A DNA stretch of 50,753 bases, from positions 1-50,753 of the forward strand of contig CAZKXO010000001.1 in the NCBI GenBank assembly GCA_964556525.1, in the 5' to 3' direction. The notes below the pieces were generated by a model. The model did no database searches, was not told the origin of the DNA, and worked only from the letters and a program-made list of their open reading frames with translations. Positions 1 through 8,055 of the stretch are shown here, in pieces (position 1 is the first letter of the stretch; each line of letters begins with the position of its first letter). This DNA is from an uncultured Saprospiraceae bacterium. Its GTDB lineage: Bacteria > Bacteroidota > Bacteroidia > Chitinophagales > Saprospiraceae. Position numbers and translations under genes: made by a program.

Positions 1-53
1 AATATAAATACCCAAATACTTATGGTAAGCAGAAACTAAATTATTATTACTAC

Positions 54-1781
54 GTGTCAAGACTTGATGAAGGAAATAAGGACAACATGCTTGAAGAACT
101 GCTTTCGTCTGACTATCCAAAAACTCCTAGTTTTGAGCAGTATCTTCAATTTAATCTTGGTATACAGGACACCATAAATGGTGTGCATTACTTTCTGAAA
201 AGTCTGGAATATACCATAGATAAGCCATGCCATAAAATGAACCTTTATATCCTAAGTAATATTGTAGATTACTATATCAAAATCAACCCAGATTCTTCAA
301 AATATTACCTTGAAAAGACCAAGCAATTTAATGACTGTCCAAATCAACTCGAAGAGTGGAAAGATTTTTACAACTATAATTCTTTGTACAGCTCGGAAAA
401 AATTACTGCATTTCGAGATGTCAATAAAGCGATCGTTAACCATACAATACGAAGACAACTTGCTGAAAAACTCTTTCAGCAAGAAGTAATTCACTTAGGT
501 GATTTCTACAGCCAAAACACTAGTGAAATATGTGAGATCCTACTCAGCAAAAACACTTTGGTCCCAAAACATCATATAGATCCTCTTCGAAGCTTATTCA
601 ATGACACAAAATTCAAGCATGAAAGAATAACAAACTATAAAGGAAAAAAGTCCACTGACTCCAAACTAAACAACCTACTCAAAGAGGTCAATGATTTTAG
701 AGACACAAGCAACTACGATTCACCAGTCTACGACCAGCTATACGAATTACTTGCCAACAGACCAGAACAAAAAATAGAATACCTGCCCAAAACAGAAAGG
801 ATGTCTACAGATAATATTATTCATTATCTAAAATTTAAAGAAGACTATTATTGTTATTATTACAATGATGATATACTGAAACTCCACAAGTTTGGAGACA
901 CAACTGTCACAAATTATCTCGCTTACCAAGACAGTTGTAATAGACGGCTGGTGTCGTATAACAAAGACAGTATAGACTTCTACATAGCTCAGATACTCCC
1001 TAAGCAGCTGACGCCTTCCGATAACCTCACTATCATTACTGATGGCTTACTGGAAAATATCTCCTTTGACTTATTATTTTCCGCTTATGATCATAAGTAT
1101 ACTATCTCCCACAGTCCTTATGACAGAAGCTATCATGAGCAGGTAAAAGTGGTCGCTGATAATAGTGCCGTGTTTTCTTTCTCCGACAGTAATACAATAG
1201 TAGATTCCTCGCCCAAGGAAATCAGCGAGCTGCCTTATGGGTATCAGGAATGTGAGACTATCGCAGAATTATTTGATTCCAAAATCTATAAAGGGGAAAA
1301 ATTCACTCATAGAAATTTTACCAAGAATCTAAATAAAGACCTCGTACATATCTCTACACATTCCCTGCACAATAAAGAAAACAGATTTGAAAACTATTTA
1401 CTGATAAGAAAGCAAGAGGGATTGGACTCCATCTTTATATCAGACCTGACGGGAATGGAATGTAAGGCAAAATTTATCTCCATTGCTTCTTGCGAAAACA
1501 ATCTAGGTCTGCACCTAGATGGCAACGGCACCTTTTCTATATCCAAAACCTTTCTCAATGCAGGAGCAGAAACAGTACTCAAAACCCTCTGGAAAGTAGA
1601 TGACCGTGCTACAAAAGACTTCATGATAGAATTCTATAGACAATGGCTTACAGGCATCTCTGTCTTGGAAGCACAGTGCAAGGCAAAAAAATATATGAAA
1701 GATTCCACAGAATATTCTCACCCATACTATTGGGCTGGTTTTGCTTTAGAAGGCAACCCCAATTTGTATTTAGTCAAATAG
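54..1781 (+). CDS. CHAT domain-containing protein (caspase-fold peptidase) with a ~340-aa helical N-terminal region
   Basis: 575-aa ORF. The C-terminal third shows the CHAT His/Cys dyad context ('LVHISTHS' ... 'FISIASCENNLG') and the family-typical tail 'HPYYWAGFALEGNP'. GTG start at 54; the first in-frame ATG is at 87. Confidence 0.8.
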   Translation: MSRLDEGNKDNMLEELLSSDYPKTPSFEQYLQFNLGIQDTINGVHYFLKSLEYTIDKPCHKMNLYILSNIVDYYIKINPDSSKYYLEKTKQFNDCPNQLEEWKDFYNYNSLYSSEKITAFRDVNKAIVNHTIRRQLAEKLFQQEVIHLGDFYSQNTSEICEILLSKNTLVPKHHIDPLRSLFNDTKFKHERITNYKGKKSTDSKLNNLLKEVNDFRDTSNYDSPVYDQLYELLANRPEQKIEYLPKTERMSTDNIIHYLKFKEDYYCYYYNDDILKLHKFGDTTVTNYLAYQDSCNRRLVSYNKDSIDFYIAQILPKQLTPSDNLTIITDGLLENISFDLLFSAYDHKYTISHSPYDRSYHEQVKVVADNSAVFSFSDSNTIVDSSPKEISELPYGYQECETIAELFDSKIYKGEKFTHRNFTKNLNKDLVHISTHSLHNKENRFENYLLIRKQEGLDSIFISDLTGMECKAKFISIASCENNLGLHLDGNGTFSISKTFLNAGAETVLKTLWKVDDRATKDFMIEFYRQWLTGISVLEAQCKAKKYMKDSTEYSHPYYWAGFALEGNPNLYLVK

Positions 1782-1810
1782 AATTTGTGGCCTAGAATTT
1801 TCACCTCACC

Positions 1811-3421
1811 CTAGTTCATAGATAGACAGCATTTTTTATACTTCTTACCACTACCACAGGGGCAAGAGTCATTTCTACCTACTTTCTTTTCTATATGCCT
1901 GAATGGCGTTGGAGAATAAACAGGCTGAAAATCAAAGTCTTCATCGTAGTCTTCTTCTATAAAATCATGTTCTTCCATTTGTTGCATTTTTATAGCATCC
2001 ACCTCTAGTGTATCAGCAAAGGTCATTGCTATATGGTCTTCGATAGTTTTTGGGAAATAATTGTTCACCTTGGTGATTGCCCAGTCAAAGTTTCTGACCA
2101 TCAGATCTAGTTTGGTTTTCTCTATAGATGGGGCATCATATATACGCATATGAGTCACTGGGCTCAGGTATTCTAGTCTGTCAAAGTAGTCGCCATCTAC
2201 CAAGTTATTTTTATACACTTCTTTGATTTCCTCTTCATAACCAGGCACTTCTTCATCTTTGATCTCAGCAACAAAATAGCCTACCAGTTCTCTGTCTTTT
2301 GTTTTAGCATATCGCCACAATTTTGTCATCATCGACAGCAACTCTTCCTTACCTGTTACCCTGTATGTGTATGCAAGGATCTTAAAGAGGATGCATCGTT
2401 GAAAAGCTTGGAGTTCGCAATTGACTAGAGTATTATAAAAAATAACAGGGTCATGTTCTGCAAGGACGGATAAGGGCAATTGTAAAATCTCTATGACGAT
2501 ATCACCAAAGCAATGATCAAATAGGTCTTCTGGCATATCAAAAATAGAATCCAAAAGATTGCCCAAGCAATTATACAAGCGATGATGTGCTGCTACAAAA
2601 ACAATATTGGAAAGGAAGACGCATTCTGACAACTCTTCCTGCCGCAGTATCCGAGCGACACCTTTCATAAAAACCCAGTCCAGATCCTCTTCTAATTTCT
2701 CGAGGTCCGTCGCTGTCAGTATGTTTTCTATTTCTTTTTCTGTCCATGAGTTCGCATATTTATTAAGCAAAACATAAGACAAGTCAAAATGGGGTATTTG
2801 CACAGTCTCGTATCTTAGCTCTTCTAAAACATTGTCACACCAGTCCTGCCAAGTTTCTTCCAAAGCGGTATAATAAAAGTTCTGCCTCTCTTCTCCTTTG
2901 ATAAGAAAGGCGAGGTCTTTTGTAAGCCCCTCGTATCCAAAACCTAATGCACAGTGATATATCTTCTTTATATCATCCAACCTATTGTTAGCTTTTAGAT
3001 ATCGAGCAAGAACCCAAAGCAACTGCTTGTATTCTAGGTCAAAAAAGGTCTGACCTCGGTCGTCGCCTTCGAGCAGCAGAGATAGTTCGTCAGCAAATAG
3101 AGACTCTATAGTCTTATTCCCTTTCATGTCATCCATGGTATCTACTGACAGTAGACTGTAATTAATTTTTGCTGAGATATGATGTGGAAAATCCCTATAA
3201 AATCTCCTCACCCAGTAACTTTCATGCTTTTCCTCATCCATGATAGCATAGTAGTCTACAATGAATCTATATATCTGAGGATCTGCAAAAAAGTCAAGTT
3301 TTTTGAGCTTTTCATCTTGCTCTTCTACTACGTACTCTTCTATCTCGTCCAATTGTTTAGCATATTCTGTGTTCCCAATAAATGGGCTTACACGAACTGT
3401 AGGATAGGCATACCGAAACAT
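1811..3421 (-). CDS. SEC-C motif (SecA-type metal-binding tail) protein; helical body possibly DUF1186-like
   Basis: 536-aa ORF ending in '[18 protein letters not shown]', the canonical SEC-C motif, preceded by an acidic linker ('[10 protein letters not shown]'). The DUF1186 assignment is from memory of the usual architecture and is not verified. Confidence 0.75.
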   Translation of the reverse strand: MFRYAYPTVRVSPFIGNTEYAKQLDEIEEYVVEEQDEKLKKLDFFADPQIYRFIVDYYAIMDEEKHESYWVRRFYRDFPHHISAKINYSLLSVDTMDDMKGNKTIESLFADELSLLLEGDDRGQTFFDLEYKQLLWVLARYLKANNRLDDIKKIYHCALGFGYEGLTKDLAFLIKGEERQNFYYTALEETWQDWCDNVLEELRYETVQIPHFDLSYVLLNKYANSWTEKEIENILTATDLEKLEEDLDWVFMKGVARILRQEELSECVFLSNIVFVAAHHRLYNCLGNLLDSIFDMPEDLFDHCFGDIVIEILQLPLSVLAEHDPVIFYNTLVNCELQAFQRCILFKILAYTYRVTGKEELLSMMTKLWRYAKTKDRELVGYFVAEIKDEEVPGYEEEIKEVYKNNLVDGDYFDRLEYLSPVTHMRIYDAPSIEKTKLDLMVRNFDWAITKVNNYFPKTIEDHIAMTFADTLEVDAIKMQQMEEHDFIEEDYDEDFDFQPVYSPTPFRHIEKKVGRNDSCPCGSGKKYKKCCLSMN

Positions 3422-3573
3422 AACTGATTACTTTTGAAATAGTGATATATTCCAAAAGTGCAAAAAAGAAATAGAAAAACTTGTACCCAGTAGTATAAGT
3501 CTATCAAATAGACGTCTTACCCACCTAACTGATGTTATTATTGTGGGAAAGCCGATCTATTTTGTTTTGTACA

Positions 3574-3807
3574 TTAAGCAGCTTCGTAGCTGTTCTTTCT
3601 TAGGATCAGCCCAAGATTTATTGCTCGGATGGCCAACTGGAAAGAGTTTCTAGCATCCAACTTATGCATCAGATTACTCCTATGCGTTTTTATAGTTTCT
3701 GAAGACAGATACAAAGCACTTGCAACTTCTACTGTAGTCATACCTTCAGCTAGACATTGGAGTATTTCTCTTTCTCTTTCTGTGATATTGATTCTGTTGT
3801 ATATCAT
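3574..3807 (-). CDS. Stand-alone LuxR/GerE-type HTH transcription regulator (no receiver or ligand domain)
   Basis: 77-aa ORF. 'ITEREREILQCLAEGMTTVEVASALYLSSETIKTHRSNLMHKLDARN' matches the GerE/LuxR C-terminal HTH pattern. It starts 10 nt after the stop of the upstream gene. Confidence 0.8.
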   Translation of the reverse strand: MIYNRINITEREREILQCLAEGMTTVEVASALYLSSETIKTHRSNLMHKLDARNSFQLAIRAINLGLILRKNSYEAA

Positions 3808-3817
3808 AAGCTTGATA

Positions 3818-4522
3818 CTATGGACAAGTAATTGCAGTAGCCACTACATTTCCAGAAGCATCGACACTGAGTCTATAGCATCCTCCACTAGCTCCAGTAA
3901 GTATCACACCATTCGCACTACCCTCTACATAGATATCACCTCCTACTACATGCAACTTTGACTGAGGGTCTTCTTCTGAGATTCCTACATTGTCATGGAA
4001 ATATCCTTTGCCTCGGAAGTAACCTGCATATGAAGTAATCGGATTAAGAACTTGAGACCAGCCTGGTTGCAAAACGCTATCGTAGCCCAAGATTGCAGTA
4101 CCATTATTAGAACCAAGTAAAGCTCCAAAAACACCAAAATTGGCACCTGGCGTAGAATCACCAGCTTGTCCTCTAAGGCCAAAAGATCTACCATCATTTG
4201 TCGGGGCAGTTCTTATTGCATTACCTGCTACTCCTACGGCAAAATTTGATCCAGGTGCAGAATTACCATCACCAATCATTGCATAGCCCCAATCTCCAAA
4301 ACCCGTTACTTCAAATCTCTTCGCATATATTGCTGTGGATCCAGAACCATCGTCTTCAGATTCTACATGGATTGTATTTTGAGCTAACCCCGGATCATTT
4401 ATAGCTAATTCTGACACAGGTGCACAGTCATTTATTGCTATGGCATTTGGCTGTATATCTATCTGAGAGATGCCAAAAAAAGGAATGAGTAAAACGAATA
4501 AAGTGTATGTTTTAGTTTTCAT
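3818..4522 (-). CDS. Secreted Gly/Ala/Asn-rich protein of unknown function, with a tail-fibre-like C-terminus ending in Cys...Cys-Pro
   Basis: 234-aa ORF with an N-terminal signal peptide ('MKTKTYTLFVLLIPFFGISQ'). It has a Gly-rich low-complexity core and the C-terminus 'GVILTGASGGCYRLSVDASGNVVATAITCP'. Confidence 0.7.
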   Translation of the reverse strand: MKTKTYTLFVLLIPFFGISQIDIQPNAIAINDCAPVSELAINDPGLAQNTIHVESEDDGSGSTAIYAKRFEVTGFGDWGYAMIGDGNSAPGSNFAVGVAGNAIRTAPTNDGRSFGLRGQAGDSTPGANFGVFGALLGSNNGTAILGYDSVLQPGWSQVLNPITSYAGYFRGKGYFHDNVGISEEDPQSKLHVVGGDIYVEGSANGVILTGASGGCYRLSVDASGNVVATAITCP

Positions 4523-4740
4523 GATTAAAAATTGTTACTTAATAAATTTGAATTTTGAGTACTTAAATGTTGACATATAATCCCTAGCTGGTAATTCCAT
4601 ATACCAGAATATCTTCAGCAGATTCGAAACGGATTTTTTGCTTTTTAAAGATTTCCTTATTGCTCCAATTTCCGAATCAGTAGTACATAATAATTAGTAA
4701 ATTTTAATACCTTAGAAATAAATTACATCTGGTTTCAGAA

Positions 4741-5115
4741 TTATTTTATCGGCTTATTTTCTAGAAGAACGGCGCTAATATTACGGGTATTTACTATTTC
4801 TTGAATGAACATTTCTTTGCGCCTTCTGGACACAGGTACAGACTCTCCATTACTCAGTACAACATGTCCCTCTTTATTGTATCTTACAATGTGATGGATG
4901 TTTATTATGTGAGATTTGTGGCAGCAAAAAAACTGAGCGCTGTCCAGCACCTTTTTATATACTCCAATAGTAGCAGTAGAATTTAGTACCACTCCCGCAG
5001 CCATATGAATACGTGCATAATTATGACAGCCTTCCAAACGTACGATGTCTTCGGTGAGAACAAACTCATACGAGTCCAGACAGGGTATGACTATTTTCCT
5101 TTCTTGGGTTTCCAT
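4741..5115 (-). CDS. Receiver-less LytTR-family DNA-binding protein
   Basis: 124-aa ORF. 'IVRLEGCHNYARIHM...FFCCHKSHIINIHHIVRY...VVLSNGESVPVSRRRKEMF' fits the LytTR domain pattern (FxRxHkS.iiN ... PVSRr). There is no room for a REC domain. Confidence 0.75.
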   Translation of the reverse strand: METQERKIVIPCLDSYEFVLTEDIVRLEGCHNYARIHMAAGVVLNSTATIGVYKKVLDSAQFFCCHKSHIINIHHIVRYNKEGHVVLSNGESVPVSRRRKEMFIQEIVNTRNISAVLLENKPIK

Positions 5116-5302
5116 TGGGTTACTTATAGAGAAATGTGATTAAGCATTCCAAAGCTATGCTAAGGCGACAATAGAAGAAAAGCCAGTTTTCTTGAGTTTC
5201 CTCACTGTTTATATTAACATACCGGCACATCATTTTTATAAATGATTGACATTCAGTATATTGCAATGCATAATCATTACTATTTATCCTCTGCTTTTTG
5301 TT

Positions 5303-6694
5303 ATGGCTACCCCCAAATTATTGACAGCATTAAATCTAATTTCTGACCACGAGTGGTCATCATACAAGAAATACCTATTACAACAAACACAAAAAAACTC
5401 AAAGACCTTTCAGCTCTGTAAGCAGCTCTATGCTCAAAGGCATCAGTTACTAAAAGAAGACTTCGATAAAGTACTCCACAAAAAACACTACAGCGAACTG
5501 ACCAGCAAGGCCTTCAGGAATCTTCTCTCTAAACTTTACTCCAGTTTTGAAGAGTGGCTAGCCATGACAACTTTCTTTGAGCAAAAACATAACAAAGAAC
5601 GCATGCTGGTCAAAGCGTACAACCAAAGAGGCTTTTACACTGAAGCAGACCGAATCTCTAAAAAATTATCGGCAGCCCAAGACACAGCTGGGTTGAGTAT
5701 AGAAAATCTGAGGCTGGAAAAAGAGCTATTGCACTACCAATATTTCAGCAATAATCCCATAAAAAACAAAGGAGGCAATGAACTCTACAATAACTTGATA
5801 GCTAGCTATCTGAAACTTGTTAAATGTGAAGTATTATTATACCAACTAGAGCAACAGAATAAATCCAAGGTCTGGGGCGATAAAATGAAATATCAGGAGA
5901 CTTTACCTCCACTTGCAAAGCATGGCATACAATGTGACTTAGGGGAAATTCTACAATTGGCGGTGGATCTACAATCAGATTGTAATGCAAAGTCATTGGA
6001 AAAACTTACATTTATTTTAGAATCCGGAGCTATTGCTAGCACTGAGGATTTGCACACAATCTTGGCCATACACCTGAGTCGATCCGCCACTCTACTATGG
6101 AAAGAATCGAAAATTACTAGTGAAATATTTGTGAGAATAGTGGCATTACAGTTGCATGCACTTTCTGACAGCAAGCATCAGAAACTTTTACCAGTCACCT
6201 TTTTTAATACTGTGAATCAAATCATTGTTTTGAACAACGACAAACAGGCGGCTACTAGACTCATAGAAGACTGGATAGACAAAGTACATACTAAGTATCG
6301 AGATTCGTGTTACAAATATTGCCAGGCTATCATTGCCTTCAGACTGGGTGAATATGAAAAGTTACCTGGGTTACTCATGGGATTACAATTTGATAATAAC
6401 CACTACCACTATATTTCTTCAGCACAGTTGATAGTAGCCCACTACAAGTTAGGATCTGAAGACCTGACTTTACAACTGATGGAAAATTTGAAAAAACAGA
6501 TGAGAAGGAATAAAGCAAAAATAGCACAAAACATATTTTATGGTCTGAAAAATCTCTTGGACATTATTTCTACCTTAATAAAAAGAGAATATAAAAAAGA
6601 TATAACGATAGACCTCAGCAAGTATACTACTATATTTTTTCGCACGTGGGTAGAGGCAGAATTGGAAAGAAGAAGACTCACAGCGAAAATATAG
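5303..6694 (+). CDS. Hypothetical all-helical (TPR-like?) protein
   Basis: Long ORF (track 5246..6694, TTG start). I prefer the ATG at 5303 ('MATPKLLTALN'). The TTG extension would add a 19-aa hydrophobic segment ('TFSILQCIIITIYPLLFV'). I recognise no catalytic motif. Confidence 0.6.
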   Translation: MATPKLLTALNLISDHEWSSYKKYLLQQTQKNSKTFQLCKQLYAQRHQLLKEDFDKVLHKKHYSELTSKAFRNLLSKLYSSFEEWLAMTTFFEQKHNKERMLVKAYNQRGFYTEADRISKKLSAAQDTAGLSIENLRLEKELLHYQYFSNNPIKNKGGNELYNNLIASYLKLVKCEVLLYQLEQQNKSKVWGDKMKYQETLPPLAKHGIQCDLGEILQLAVDLQSDCNAKSLEKLTFILESGAIASTEDLHTILAIHLSRSATLLWKESKITSEIFVRIVALQLHALSDSKHQKLLPVTFFNTVNQIIVLNNDKQAATRLIEDWIDKVHTKYRDSCYKYCQAIIAFRLGEYEKLPGLLMGLQFDNNHYHYISSAQLIVAHYKLGSEDLTLQLMENLKKQMRRNKAKIAQNIFYGLKNLLDIISTLIKREYKKDITIDLSKYTTIFFRTWVEAELERRRLTAKI

Positions 6695-6797
6695 CTGGGA
6701 GACTTTCGTGTATAAGGTACTCTTTGTGTCCGAAGGAATTGTAAAAAAAGAGGCTGAACTCATAGTTATGAGACAGCCTCCATTACTAAGGGTCTGC

Positions 6798-7247
6798 CTA
6801 TAATCCTTGTGGCAGATCTTCTATTATAAAGTCAAGAGCTGCCCCTATAATACTGCCATTATTATTTTCATAGCACAACTCTGAACTGCAGACATCTACT
6901 GTCAGTTCTGAAGCACCTAATACTAGTCCTCCATCTACAGTAATCCCAAGCTGCAAGCCAGCTCCTACAGAAAGTACGGTCTGCGCACTTTGATAACTTA
7001 CAGTACTACTATCAGCAAAAGTTAGGACTACAGTAGCAGTTGTCGTAGTGTTGTAATCAAACATTGCCTTCGTACAACTGGTTGTTATTTGAGTTCCTTC
7101 CTCAGTCTGCAGGAGGACCGCTATGGGATCAGCAGATCTGCTAGAAATTTGAGTTGCGCCATCAATTTCAGGATAGTCGATTTCTTTATTACAAGAAATC
7201 AATAAAGTGCATAGCGTGGCCATTATGACCAAAGTGAATTTGTTCAT
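6798..7247 (-). CDS. Small lipoprotein of unknown function
   Basis: 149-aa ORF with a lipoprotein signal ('MNKFTLVIMATLCTLLISC'). The mature part is Thr/Ser-rich. Confidence 0.65.
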   Translation of the reverse strand: MNKFTLVIMATLCTLLISCNKEIDYPEIDGATQISSRSADPIAVLLQTEEGTQITTSCTKAMFDYNTTTTATVVLTFADSSTVSYQSAQTVLSVGAGLQLGITVDGGLVLGASELTVDVCSSELCYENNNGSIIGAALDFIIEDLPQGL

Positions 7248-7382
7248 TTTTAGTGTTTTAAGTGATAAAAAAAATTGAGAGTCGAATAGACCCGTTTACC
7301 ACATCAATTGGCCACTTGACATAGTTACCTAGGGGCAAGGATATGCATCTGCCTTACCTGTAATTAATACGAATTTTTAACT

Positions 7383-8018
7383 TTAGCTTTTCCTATATAG
7401 AGTAGAGGCTTCTACTCTATTGTTAACTTGAAGCTTTTTATATATTGTTCTTATCTGATTTTTTATTGTTCCTTCTACTACATTTAGCTTGGAGGCAATT
7501 TCCTTATTAAGTAATCCTTCTGAAACAAGTTTCAAAATGTCTTTCTGGTGCTCTGTCAGAATTTCCAGAGAGTTGGATTTAATGGGAGCATTAAAACTTT
7601 GTATAACTTTCTTTGCTATGGAAGGGCTCATGGGACCACCTCCCAGCAACACTTCATCGATTGCATTTTTCACATCTGAGTAATCGTCATCTTTTAGGAT
7701 ATAGCCACTTGCTCCTCTTTGCAATGCAGAAAACAATAGTTCGTCACTATCAAAAACAGTAAACATTATAAACTGTATCTGAGGACTTTTCTTCAAAATT
7801 TCTGACATGCAGTCCACACCCGTCATATCTGGTAAGCCTATATCCATAATGACTACTTTCGGCTGACAACTGACTATACCTTCAAGAGCTGTTTTTCCAT
7901 TTGTATAGTGGACATCACAACAATACTGAGTTTCTTTATTTAGAAACAATTGTAAGCCTTGCCCAATCTCCTCCTTATCCTCTACAATACTGACTATAAC
8001 GGGAGATGTATTCTTCAT
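7383..8018 (-). CDS. Two-component response regulator, NarL/FixJ family (REC + LuxR HTH)
   Basis: 211 aa. REC motifs include 'VVIMDIGLPDMTG', the phospho-acceptor Asp context. The C-terminal 'LTEHQKDILKLVSEGLLNKEIASKLNVVEGTIKNQIRTIYKKLQVNNR' is a GerE HTH. Confidence 0.9.
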   Translation of the reverse strand: MKNTSPVIVSIVEDKEEIGQGLQLFLNKETQYCCDVHYTNGKTALEGIVSCQPKVVIMDIGLPDMTGVDCMSEILKKSPQIQFIMFTVFDSDELLFSALQRGASGYILKDDDYSDVKNAIDEVLLGGGPMSPSIAKKVIQSFNAPIKSNSLEILTEHQKDILKLVSEGLLNKEIASKLNVVEGTIKNQIRTIYKKLQVNNRVEASTLYRKS

Positions 8019-8055
8019 AATTCAAAGGTAAGTGTAGAATTTATCTTGAGAACTA

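Noticed and set aside
3818-4522. Tail-fibre-like protein as evidence of a prophage or mobile element
   Set aside because: It is a single gene with a Sec signal peptide. The window contains no integrase, terminase, capsid, baseplate or att-like repeats.
5229-5246. Inverted repeat ATCATTT-TTAT-AAATGAT in the divergent LytTR/helical-protein promoter region, and the 12-bp perfect palindrome ATCTAGCTAGAT at 11682-11693 upstream of the kinase operon, as possible operators
   Set aside because: Palindromes of this size are expected by chance roughly once or more in the ~5 kb of AT-rich intergenic DNA here. There are no second sites or known consensus sequences to support them. They are worth remembering only if regulator binding is tested.
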